DNA of 64,000 bases, from positions 220-64,219 of the forward strand of contig CANPBT010000004.1 of the NCBI GenBank assembly GCA_947572415.1, read 5' to 3'. Within the stretch, counting starts at the first letter, position 1; every line of letters begins with the position of its first letter. Shown piece by piece: positions 55,901-63,635 of the stretch. The notes beneath the pieces are model-generated. The model was not told where the DNA came from. It searched no databases and saw only the letters and a list, made by a program, of their open reading frames with translations. The DNA is from an uncultured Clostridia bacterium (lineage in GTDB: Bacteria > Bacillota > Clostridia > Christensenellales > Borkfalkiaceae). The translations under genes and the position numbers were made by a program.

Positions 55901-56251
55901 TTTGGGGATAGTCAAATCTCCGTCAATTACCCATTTTTTAATTTCTTCCGAAGTAGCGAGCCCCTTAGCGGTAAGCGAATATTCAACTTTACCGTCTATA
56001 AAGTCGCCGGATTTCTGCATTTCTTCAAAAGCTTTGTAAAACTTTTTAGCGAGAGTGTATTCCTGTTCGTTATTGTCTTTGTCGGTGGTTTTAAGATTAT
56101 CGTAGAAGTATGTAGACGCAATTGTCTGAACATAATCTTCAGTTTCTGCCGATACCTTTTTTCCCGTGAACAGTTGCGCACCCGAAAACAGAGTAAGCGC
56201 ATACGCCGCGGTTATACCTACCGTTGCAAGACGTTTTGTGAGTGATTTCAT
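52952..56251 (-). CDS. Large surface protein with a transglutaminase-like cysteine-protease core and a C-terminal TM anchor
   Basis: Signal peptide. Cys-His-Asp core contexts are AVCGGYSAAY, TAHAWNYIWL and WYAVDVTWN. The C-terminus has a Pro/Glu/Asp-rich stalk followed by one hydrophobic helix and RRN. Confidence 0.8.
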   Translation of the reverse strand: MKSLTKRLATVGITAAYALTLFSGAQLFTGKKVSAETEDYVQTIASTYFYDNLKTTDKDNNEQEYTLAKKFYKAFEEMQKSGDFIDGKVEYSLTAKGLATSEEIKKWVIDGDLTIPKAFSAARDAYLTDHPELFYIDFYKLTISAGRQNGVYSAFIDSGREANAYHDNGFTSAIDVNKALNSFYAEVNKIADEAEKAAKDDKYGMAKDVLKARYVNKYIAENVVYDFGALDDYLETGVSSASAVSTAFGALVNKTAVCGGYSAAYKAVMDKLGIPCLVVSGYSKAKDSKGEFSQGTTAHAWNYIWLENAVTEDEEVDGNAPAAASYAASEEQTQEGAWYAVDVTWNSTGTDRNKYMNMGFATNDKHHITDGYISSSGYELKYPELARYDYGCKTDSNGLVRSIQYTPYGDGTKDEFGLDVMAYDEQISYNGKSAIRLAEEDNLHIIYRTADLRDGEINWTCWIDLAAFYKVYFNDDLATFDNGVQTKTTNPPSALYSQFAVIDSDPDLNYNPDYLVNGKPIIPDPAAGIANMYYSHDYNKGDKDIGDHITVISAVFENKAYGTYSPAPYVSKTNASVTEGNTINDSMRAPNSSLMDEKYVKVYEITYDQPLRVLDPDKEIGITYTTKHSKENIGEYAKFLPLESGKLVELVDEHTLRFRFMPSLMYEHNMETYTFSFTNVGSNQIRYKADGTTYTTGKLPNSIPLTFDRLYRACPAVFGYDGRLWVECCAQPTLLSNSDLSEVDFKDEEGNIISENKRSQMLLVVDSVNKDTQDAMLNEIDKNGDINIKQEDIKKSETYDIDLQICGQYASIPNGSYVKIALGFPQGYGPEDEGVTFKLFHYKHDNQGNYLGVEEIPCVITKLGLVATVSSFSPYMVAAVPADKASDNKTVYASINGRGGKLSKEDGAVKTLKPGENCTYDIKPDSGYMVYSVTLNGKDITNKVTAEGKLELSNSELESSNEIEIKFIAIEAAHRLTEKDTEIIEPVKVAVSVKGEAESIPGTGGEIIITDIPELPVDPDEPEPPVVDPDEPEPPVVDPDKPITPPDGNDPNDEANVGGNTDLKPDNDNSVVIAITVISVVIALACVGAAVVVIMKRRN
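53131..53203 (-). repeat. 30-bp tandem repeat (2.4 copies) encoding the PEPPVVDPDE stalk
   Basis: 53131-53160, 53161-53190, and a partial copy at 53191-53203. The first two copies differ at 4 positions. Confidence 0.85.
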
Positions 56252-56280
56252 AAAACCTCCAAATTCAATTGTTGTGTGTA

Positions 56281-56309
56281 ACTATAAACTTAAATACTGC
56301 ATTTGTCAA
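56281..56309 (-). promoter_or_regulatory. Promoter of the transglutaminase-like gene
   Basis: On the minus strand: TTGACA (56309-56304), 17 nt, TATAGT (56286-56281). Confidence 0.6.
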
Positions 56310-56456
56310 GCGTTTGAACGTATTTTCTCGTTTTTGGACTATTTTTCAAGCTTTTTACACGACATATATATTATGGTATGTAAAAAAATGCCAAATCGTG
56401 CCTGAATCAGCCGAAAATGGCAAAAATAACCATTATCCTCGCAAATCCATATAATA

Positions 56457-56487
56457 CCGCGCCGCGCACAATTAGCGCGCGGCGCGG
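56457..56487 (-). terminator. GC-rich hairpin immediately 3' of the tmRNA
   Basis: CCGCGCCGCGC...GCGCGGCGCGG (11-bp arms). Confidence 0.6.
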
Positions 56488-56490
56488 ATT

Positions 56491-56878
56491 TGGTGGACGA
56501 GTAGGGACTTGCACCCTAGTCTTACGGGTTTTATTCAGGCTTTCTACATACTTATTCCGCCGTTTGACTTTACGTATAAACGCCGACGAACGGGCTTTTA
56601 TACGCGCATACCGCAAAATACATTTTTACGCGCGCGGTAAAACGCGCAAAAAAGTTTACCGCCTGATTAACGCCGTAATTCCGCCGACGGTGAACGGATT
56701 ACGACGGACAGCGTTAAGTTACGCTGCGCAAGCTACGCTTGCCGCTCTGTGAGCGGGGAAAGCGACAACTTTGGAATCGTTAGATTCTGCATTTAAATTT
56801 AAGTTTCCGTTTTTACAAAGCCGAGCCTTTGATATGCTTTTCCTGTCTGCCGCCCGCAATCGAATCTGAAACTCGCCC
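56491..56878 (-). ncRNA. ssrA: tmRNA (SsrA), 388 nt
   Basis: The 5' GGGCGAG pairs with the 3' CUCGUCC-ACCA, giving a G3-U70 wobble and an encoded CCA. T-arm is UAGGG-UGCAAGU-CCCUA. The 5' AGAUUCGAU resembles the conserved GGAUUCGAC. An internal tag frame ends ...AFPAHRAASVACAA-UAA (stop at 56719-56721; candidate resume codon GCA at 56790-56788, preceded by AAAUUUAAAU). Confidence 0.85.
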
Positions 56879-56986
56879 GAACCGTCATACAATATAATTA
56901 TTATATCCCCTTTACATGAAAAAAACAAGCGAATTTTTTTGTTTTTTATTGACAAATTAACGCAAATATTATAAAGTTAATTAGAT

Positions 56987-57898
56987 ATGATTTACACCGT
57001 TACGTTTAATCCCTCGCTGGATTATTACGTACAAGTTAATAATTTGAAAAGCGGCGCCGTAAACCGTACGGCGAGCGAAAGACTTGCCGTAGGCGGCAAG
57101 GGCATAAACGTGTCACTCGCGCTCAAAGAGCTTGGCAACGATACGCTTGCACTCGGATTTACCGCGGGGTTTACAGGCAAAGCCATACGCGAAAAGGTTG
57201 ACCTCCTGGGGCTTGACTACGACTTTATAGAAGTCGGCGGGCAGAGCCGTATAAACGTGAAAATCAAAAGCAATACCGAAACGGATATCAACGGTACGGG
57301 CGCGGTCGTTACCGCAAACGACGTGAACAAACTTGTAAGGAAGCTTAAAAGCCTGTTGAAAGAGGGCGACTGGCTTGTCGTCAGCGGCAGTATACCCGCA
57401 AGCCTTACCCCCACCGTCTATGCGGATTTATTCAGAAAACTGAAAAGCATTAAAAACATAAACTTCGTAGTGGACGCCTGCGGGCGGCTTCTGACGGAAA
57501 CGTTGAAATTCAAGCCGTTTCTGATAAAACCGAATCTTACGGAAATGTGCGAAATTTTCGGGCTTAACTCGATACCCGACATAGAGGGCACCTTTTCTTT
57601 TGCGCGCAAACTGCAAAAAATGGGCGCGAGGAACGTAATAATTTCAATGGGCGGCTCGGGCGCGATTATGGTGACCGAAACAGACCAGTCGCTTTACGTG
57701 CGCGCCGCGCGCGGGCAGCTTATTAATTCCGTCGGAGCGGGCGACTCGATGATTGCGGGGTTCATACACGAATATCTGAAATCCGGCAACTACTTCTCCT
57801 CTTTGAACTTTGCAACGGCGGCGGGCAGCGCGTGCGCATTCACCAAAAACCTTGCCACGCGCGAGCAAATCGAGTATGTAGAGTCGCTTATGTTATGA
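56987..57898 (+). CDS. fruK: 1-phosphofructokinase / PfkB-family sugar kinase
   Basis: MIYTVTFNPSLDY start, GGKGINV, and the C-terminal GAGDSMIAGF motif. Confidence 0.8.
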   Translation: MIYTVTFNPSLDYYVQVNNLKSGAVNRTASERLAVGGKGINVSLALKELGNDTLALGFTAGFTGKAIREKVDLLGLDYDFIEVGGQSRINVKIKSNTETDINGTGAVVTANDVNKLVRKLKSLLKEGDWLVVSGSIPASLTPTVYADLFRKLKSIKNINFVVDACGRLLTETLKFKPFLIKPNLTEMCEIFGLNSIPDIEGTFSFARKLQKMGARNVIISMGGSGAIMVTETDQSLYVRAARGQLINSVGAGDSMIAGFIHEYLKSGNYFSSLNFATAAGSACAFTKNLATREQIEYVESLML

Positions 57899-58452
57899 TT
57901 GAAATTTACTTCACGAAAAACAAGGACGTTTACCGAAAAGCGGAAATACTCATCGCGCGCAAATTGAACAGAGCGTTTACAATATTGCGCACAAAAAACG
58001 GCAAGCCTTATATCGAAGGCGACCCCTTATATTTTTCGATTACACACTCCGGCGGCCGCGCGCTTATAGCGATTTGCGACAAGCCCGTCGGCGTCGATAT
58101 GGAGCTTTACGACACGAACGGCAGGCTCAAAAACTACAAGCACGTTTTAAGCCGTTTCACCGAGCGGGAAAAAAAACAGATTGACGAAAATTTTGAGTGC
58201 TTTTTTTTAAACTGGGTCTGTAAGGAAGCATATATAAAAATGAACGGCGGTACGCTTGCGCGCGATTTGAAGAGGCTGGAATACGCTTATGACAAATTAT
58301 ACGTTGACGGGCGCGAAGCCGACTGCGGTTACGCCGTGGTAACGGGTTACCGCACGGGCGCGTACGCTGTTTGCGCGAAAGGATATTCGGACTGCGAGCT
58401 TTGCGAATGTCCTTTTAAATTATTCAGAATACGTAAGGGAGAAAAACTATGA
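57895..58452 (+). CDS. Sfp-type 4'-phosphopantetheinyl transferase
   Basis: GKPY....FSITHSG..A......VGVDME and W..KEA.IK motifs. The ATG overlaps the fruK stop (ATGA). Confidence 0.75.
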   Translation: MIEIYFTKNKDVYRKAEILIARKLNRAFTILRTKNGKPYIEGDPLYFSITHSGGRALIAICDKPVGVDMELYDTNGRLKNYKHVLSRFTEREKKQIDENFECFFLNWVCKEAYIKMNGGTLARDLKRLEYAYDKLYVDGREADCGYAVVTGYRTGAYAVCAKGYSDCELCECPFKLFRIRKGEKL

Positions 58453-59102
58453 CAGTTTTCGTAATCGCAATGGAAAAAGAGGCAAAGCCGCTGATTTCGG
58501 CAATGCAGACCGAGCGCGACGTCGAATTTTGCGGCAAACGTCTATTAACGGGCAGGCTTTACGGTAAGCGCTGCGGCGCGGTGATTTGCGGAGTGGGCAA
58601 AGTTAACGCCGCAATCGGCGCGCAGATTGCAATAGACGAGCTGGGCGCGGACGCGATAATTAACCTCGGCGTTGCGGGCGGACTTAACCGCACGGTCGAG
58701 GTAGGGAAAATTTACGGGATTTCGCACGCGGTGCAGTACGACTTCGACCTGACGCAGTTAAACGGCACGGCAGTGGGCACGCTGGACGAATGCAAGGATA
58801 ATTACCTGCCCCTTTCCACCCCTCCCGTCTACCCGCTTAAAAAAATCGGCACGGGCGACAGATTTAACGACAGCCCCGACGATTTTAAGCTTCTGACAAA
58901 GGTTGTAAACGCCGATATCCGCGATATGGAGTGCGGAGCAATTGCGCAAGTGTGCATGCACGCAAAAGTAAAATGTCTGGCGTATAAGATTATTTCAGAC
59001 CTGGCGGGAAGCGGCAGCACGACCGAGCAATACCTTTGTAACCTTTCGCTCTGCTTTTCAACCCTCGAAAGAGAACTTGAAAATATAATATCGAATATCT
59101 GA
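58449..59102 (+). CDS. mtnN: 5'-methylthioadenosine/S-adenosylhomocysteine nucleosidase
   Basis: PNP/UDP-1 fold motifs (IAMEKEA, GVGKVNAA, GVAGGL, GTGDRF, DMECGA). Adjacent to luxS. Confidence 0.8.
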   Translation: MTVFVIAMEKEAKPLISAMQTERDVEFCGKRLLTGRLYGKRCGAVICGVGKVNAAIGAQIAIDELGADAIINLGVAGGLNRTVEVGKIYGISHAVQYDFDLTQLNGTAVGTLDECKDNYLPLSTPPVYPLKKIGTGDRFNDSPDDFKLLTKVVNADIRDMECGAIAQVCMHAKVKCLAYKIISDLAGSGSTTEQYLCNLSLCFSTLERELENIISNI

Positions 59103-59136
59103 AATTAACGGCGCGCGGCGCCGAAAAGAGCTTATT

Positions 59137-59568
59137 ATGGAAAGAATACCTTCGTTTTCGAAAAATCACGATACTTTATCCGTCGGGCTGCACGAATGCG
59201 GCACCGCTTACGGCGTTACCACTTGGGATTTGCGCTTCAAAAAACCCAACGGCGGCGACTACGTCACCCCGAAAGCAAGCCACACAATCGAGCATTTGCT
59301 TGCGACGGTTTTACGCAACTCCGACAAAAAGGACAATATCGTCTACTTCGGACCTATGGGCTGCCGTACGGGATTTTATCTTCTAACCGCTGGGCTCGAT
59401 TACGAGGCAGTTTACAACCTCTTGAAAAGCAGCTTTGAGCTCGCCCTCGAATTTACCGAAGTGCCGGGCAACAAACGCGAGGAATGCGGCAACTATCTCG
59501 AACACGACCTTTCGGGCGCGATTGACGAATGTAAAAATTATTTAAGGATACTGAAAGATAATGATTAA
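59137..59568 (+). CDS. luxS: S-ribosylhomocysteine lyase
   Basis: HTIEHLLA metal-binding motif and GCRTGFY. Confidence 0.9.
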   Translation: MERIPSFSKNHDTLSVGLHECGTAYGVTTWDLRFKKPNGGDYVTPKASHTIEHLLATVLRNSDKKDNIVYFGPMGCRTGFYLLTAGLDYEAVYNLLKSSFELALEFTEVPGNKREECGNYLEHDLSGAIDECKNYLRILKDND

Positions 59569-60232
59569 GCTTGGCGGCGGCTGGGACGAACTTCTGGGCG
59601 GTTTGTTTTCAGATGAAAGATATCTCAAAATACGCGAATTTTTGAAATACGAATACAATAATTACATAGTCTATCCCGATATGTACGACCTTTTCAACTG
59701 TTTCAGATATACCCCTCTGAACGAATTGAAAGCGGTTATTCTGGGGCAGGACCCGTATCACGAACCGAATCAGGCGCACGGGCTCTGTTTTTCCGTAAAA
59801 AAAGGCGTGGCTTTGCCGCCTTCGCTTCAAAACATTTATAAAGAAATACAGAGCGATTTGGGCATACGGGAGCCGCTTTGCGGCGATTTGACAAAATGGG
59901 CGAAAGAGGGCGTGCTTTTGCTCAACACCACGCTTACCGTACGCGAACACCGCGCCAACTCGCACTCGAAATGCGGTTGGGCATGGTTTACCGACAGCGT
60001 AATAAAGCTTATTTCCGAAAACACGCAAAACACCGTTTTCATACTCTGGGGCGGCAACGCGAGAAGCAAAACTCCGCTGATTGACGGAAGCAAGCATCTG
60101 ATTTTACAGTGCGCGCACCCCTCGCCGCTGTCGGCTTTCAACGGCTTTTTCGGTTGCAGACACTTTTCAAAGACAAACGAATACCTTTCGGCACACGGCA
60201 AAAAGCCCGTAGACTGGAATCTGAATACCTGA
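59561..60232 (+). CDS. ung: Uracil-DNA glycosylase (family 1)
   Basis: GQDPYH, LLLNT.LTV and HPSPLS motifs. Confidence 0.9.
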   Translation: MIKLGGGWDELLGGLFSDERYLKIREFLKYEYNNYIVYPDMYDLFNCFRYTPLNELKAVILGQDPYHEPNQAHGLCFSVKKGVALPPSLQNIYKEIQSDLGIREPLCGDLTKWAKEGVLLLNTTLTVREHRANSHSKCGWAWFTDSVIKLISENTQNTVFILWGGNARSKTPLIDGSKHLILQCAHPSPLSAFNGFFGCRHFSKTNEYLSAHGKKPVDWNLNT

Positions 60233-60253
60233 CGAAATCTGAAAGAGGTAATT

Positions 60254-61465
60254 ATGAAGTATATAGTAGTGCTCGGCGACGGTATGTCCGACTGGAAAAT
60301 CCCCGACTTAAACAACAAAACCTGCCTTGAAGCGGCGCGCACCCCCACGCTAGATATGCTTGCGGAAAAATCGCAGGCGGGGCTGTGCACGACCGTACCC
60401 GACGGTATGAAGCCCGGCTCCGACGTGGCGAATATGTCCGTCCTCGGCTTCGACCCGAAGCAATATTACACGGGGCGCTCGCCTCTCGAAGCCGTTTCTA
60501 TGGGAATAGAACTAAAGCCCACCGACGTAACTTTAAGGTGCAACCTCGTCACCCTTTCGGACGACGAGCCATATGAAAACAAGACAATGCTCGACTACTC
60601 CGCAGGGGAAATTTCCTCCGCAGAAGCCGAGGAGCTTATAAATTTTTTAAAACCGCATTTCGACGGCGATAAATTCAAGCTGTATGCGGGTATTTCGTAC
60701 AGACACTGCCTTGTCGCCGACAACGGGATTACCGGGCATACACTTACTCCGCCGCACGATATTTCCGATAAAAAAATTACGGACAGTCTGCCGAAGGGCG
60801 AAAACGGCGGGCTTTACCTTGAATTTATGAAGAAAAGCTACGCGCTTTTAAAAGACCACCCCGTCAATTTAAAACGCATAAAAGAGGGCAAAAACCCCGC
60901 GAACAGCATATGGCTGTGGGGCGAGGGCACAAAGCCCGCGCTTGCCGCTTTTGAGAAGCTGCGCGGCAAAAAGGGCGGAATTATTTCCGCGGTGGATCTT
61001 GTACGCGGCATAGGCTTGCTTGCCGATATGAAGATAATCGACGTCGACGGAATTACGGGAAATTACGATACGAATTTCGACGGCAAGGCGAAAGCCGCCG
61101 TAAGAGAGCTTATAGGCGGGCTCGACTTCGTATATATTCATATGGAGGCGCCCGACGAATGCGGGCACCACGGCGACTTTAAGCACAAAATTTACTCGAT
61201 TGAAAAAATCGACGGCGTTGTAAAGACAATCTGCGACGGGCTTTCCGCCGCGGGCGAAGATTTCGCCATGCTTATCTGCCCCGACCACCCCACGCCCGTC
61301 GCGTGCAAAACGCACGTATCCGAGCCCGTGCCCTACCTCCTTTATACGAACGCGACAAACCTTTATAACGGCGCGAAGCGGTACACGGAGGCCGAAGCCG
61401 CCGCAACCGGCGAATACGTACCCGACGGCTACAAGCTTATAGAAAAGCTGTTTGAAATAAAATAG
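60254..61465 (+). CDS. apgM: Cofactor-independent phosphoglycerate mutase, archaeal/ApgM type
   Basis: MKYIVVLGDGMSD start and HMEAPDECGH metal-site motif. Confidence 0.8.
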   Translation: MKYIVVLGDGMSDWKIPDLNNKTCLEAARTPTLDMLAEKSQAGLCTTVPDGMKPGSDVANMSVLGFDPKQYYTGRSPLEAVSMGIELKPTDVTLRCNLVTLSDDEPYENKTMLDYSAGEISSAEAEELINFLKPHFDGDKFKLYAGISYRHCLVADNGITGHTLTPPHDISDKKITDSLPKGENGGLYLEFMKKSYALLKDHPVNLKRIKEGKNPANSIWLWGEGTKPALAAFEKLRGKKGGIISAVDLVRGIGLLADMKIIDVDGITGNYDTNFDGKAKAAVRELIGGLDFVYIHMEAPDECGHHGDFKHKIYSIEKIDGVVKTICDGLSAAGEDFAMLICPDHPTPVACKTHVSEPVPYLLYTNATNLYNGAKRYTEAEAAATGEYVPDGYKLIEKLFEIK

Positions 61466-61467
61466 TT

Positions 61468-61498
61468 AAAAGCCTTACCTGCACGGTAAGGCTTTTCT
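61468..61498. terminator. Bidirectional terminator
   Basis: AAGCCTTACC - TGCAC - GGTAAGGCTT, flanked by an A-run and a T-run. Confidence 0.8.
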
Positions 61499-61792
61499 TT
61501 ACTTTGCTTTAAGCTGATTTTTTTGCTTTTTATAGGTGTTGTTCGCCTCGTCGAGCATTGCCTTTTTAGCGGGTTGCGGCTCGTAATATCCGCGCGACTG
61601 CATCTGCGTAAACAGACAGAACTGGTTTTCCGCCACGCCCAGAAGATTTGTGGAAAAGTTTTTCCTCACCGCCTTGGTGCTACCCTCGAAAAGGGCGGTC
61701 GTATAAATTTCCATAAGCTGCTTTTCGGATTCGAGCATATCCTGCAAGGTATCTTTTTCATTCAAAGTACAGTCCATTTTGGTAAGTTTCAT
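61499..61792 (-). CDS. Coat F domain spore-coat-like protein
   Basis: 97 aa. LNEKDTLQDML.SEK.L...Y..A..E....VR is typical of the CotF family. Confidence 0.7.
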   Translation of the reverse strand: MKLTKMDCTLNEKDTLQDMLESEKQLMEIYTTALFEGSTKAVRKNFSTNLLGVAENQFCLFTQMQSRGYYEPQPAKKAMLDEANNTYKKQKNQLKAK

Positions 61793-61793
61793 T

Positions 61794-61982
61794 TCAGCCT
61801 CCTATCATCGATAAAAGCGCGTTGAAACGCTGTTCGTGTTCGTCCGCGATTTTGGTAAACGTCGAAGCGAGGTCAACGTCGGTAAGCGTTTTCGAGTATG
61901 CCCTCGCCTTTTTGCACAATAGCCCCTCCGCGGTAAGCGCGTCGGATATCAGTTGTAATTCTTTACTTGTTATTTCGGTCAT
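61794..61982 (-). CDS. Small helical partner protein of the CotF-like gene
   Basis: The ATG at 61982 has GGAGG upstream. 62 aa (MTEITSKELQLISDAL..). It abuts the CotF-like gene. Confidence 0.55.
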   Translation of the reverse strand: MTEITSKELQLISDALTAEGLLCKKARAYSKTLTDVDLASTFTKIADEHEQRFNALLSMIGG

Positions 61983-62074
61983 ATAAATTACCTCCGTAAC
62001 GGTTATTAACAAAAAAAATATATTTTATACGATTGACATGTCATATAAAAATATGATAAACTTGTCACATAAGT

Positions 62075-63628
62075 ATGAAAAATATGTGTAAAATTGTCGC
62101 TTTGACGGGAGCGACGGGCGCGATGGGCGGCGAAGTGCTGTTAAGCCTTATGCGCTCGGACAAGCAGATTTCCGTCAGGTGCATAATTTACGAAGCGAAA
62201 AAAACAATACCGAAGTTCGTAAGAAAAATTTTTAAAAAATACAGAGAGCGGATATTCGCATTCAAGGGCGATATTGCGAGATACGAGGACTGCGTGAAGC
62301 TTTTGGACGGCGCGGAGTATCTTATAAACTGCGCTTCTATTATCCCGCCCAAATCCGACCATAACCCGCAAGGCACTTATTTGAGCAACTATATAGGCAC
62401 GAAAAACCTCGTCGACGCGGTAATCGCGGGCGGTAACAAAGTCGCTTTCGTGCATATCGCAACCGTCGCGCTGTACGGCAACAGGTCAATGCCGCATATC
62501 TGGGGCAGAGTCGGCGACCCGATTATATCGAGCGACTACGACAGCTACTCCCTCTATAAGCTCAAAGCGGAGAGATATCTTCTGGAAAGCGGACTTAAAA
62601 AGTTTGTTTCGCTGCGGCAGACGGGGATTTTGCACAAATATATGTTTGCGAATAATTTAAAAGACGGACTGATGTTCCACACGCCGTGGAATTGCGTACT
62701 CGAATGGGTCACCGACGTCGACAGCGGAATACTCTGCAAAAACCTTATCGAGCGCGACCTCGACGAAAGGCTTGACGGCTTCTGGAATAGAGTATACAAC
62801 ATAGGCGGAGGGCAGAGTTGCCGCGCGACCGGCTTCGAAACGATGGACGCGGGCTTCGCCCTTATGGGTAGCGGAGCAAAGAAATTTTTCAAGCCGAACT
62901 GGAATGCCGCGAGGAATTTCCACGGCGTATGGTATACCGACAGCGACGAGCTGGAAGCTTACCTCGAATTCAGACACGAAAGCTTTTCCGATTTCTGGAA
63001 ACGAATGGGCAAGAAATACCCCTACTTCAAGTTGGGCAAACTTGTCCCCGCGCCGATAATTTCGCAGCTGGCGATAAAGCGGCTGTTCAAAAACACCAAC
63101 TCCCCCGCCTACTGGATAAAACACGGGAAGCAAGGCAGAGTGAAAGCGTTTTTCGGCGGAATGGACGAGTATAAGAAAATACCGTCAGACTGGAAAAAAT
63201 ATCGGTTGCTGTGCGAAAGCGAGGATTACGAAAAGCTGAAAGATAAAGCTTTTTTGAATAAGGAAACGCTTTTGAACCACGGCTACGACGAAAGCAAACC
63301 GCTTGAAGAGCTAAATATTGACGATTTGCAAAGCGCGGCGAAATTCCGCGGCGGCGAATGTATCGCCGAGGAATACGAAGCCGGAAATTTACACAAAAAA
63401 ATTGCGTGGCGGTGCGGCGACGGACACGAATTTTTATCCACCCCCTACACCGTTTTAAAGGGCGGTTACTGGTGCCCGCACTGCTCGGAGCCCAAACCCT
63501 GGCGTTACGGCGCGCTGGCAAAGAAAATACCCTTTTACGCACAGCTTTATTACGACACGCACGGCAAGGACGAGGAAAACGACGTTTATCCCACCCCCGA
63601 CGACGATGAAACTTTTATTTTGAATTAA
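62075..63628 (+). CDS. NAD(P)-dependent SDR (epimerase/reductase-like) fused to a C-terminal zinc ribbon
   Basis: N-terminal VALTGATGAMGGEV Rossmann motif and YSLYK catalytic motif. The C-terminal WRCGDGHEFLSTPYTVLKGGYWCPHC zinc ribbon is of the same type as those in the cassette nuclease. Confidence 0.7.
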   Translation: MKNMCKIVALTGATGAMGGEVLLSLMRSDKQISVRCIIYEAKKTIPKFVRKIFKKYRERIFAFKGDIARYEDCVKLLDGAEYLINCASIIPPKSDHNPQGTYLSNYIGTKNLVDAVIAGGNKVAFVHIATVALYGNRSMPHIWGRVGDPIISSDYDSYSLYKLKAERYLLESGLKKFVSLRQTGILHKYMFANNLKDGLMFHTPWNCVLEWVTDVDSGILCKNLIERDLDERLDGFWNRVYNIGGGQSCRATGFETMDAGFALMGSGAKKFFKPNWNAARNFHGVWYTDSDELEAYLEFRHESFSDFWKRMGKKYPYFKLGKLVPAPIISQLAIKRLFKNTNSPAYWIKHGKQGRVKAFFGGMDEYKKIPSDWKKYRLLCESEDYEKLKDKAFLNKETLLNHGYDESKPLEELNIDDLQSAAKFRGGECIAEEYEAGNLHKKIAWRCGDGHEFLSTPYTVLKGGYWCPHCSEPKPWRYGALAKKIPFYAQLYYDTHGKDEENDVYPTPDDDETFILN

Positions 63629-63635
63629 TTAAACC

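Noticed and set aside
56491-56530. tRNA-like 3' end (T-arm plus ACCA) as a stand-alone tRNA gene.
   Set aside because: No anticodon or D arm lies within ~90 nt. The matching 5' acceptor strand is 380 nt away, and a tag ORF sits in between, so the locus is a tmRNA.
56407-56955. Three track ORFs (56407-56616 minus, 56417-56752 plus, 56719-56955 minus) in the fruK-upstream intergenic region.
   Set aside because: They overlap the tmRNA gene and its terminator. The third contains the tmRNA tag frame, which explains its open reading frame.
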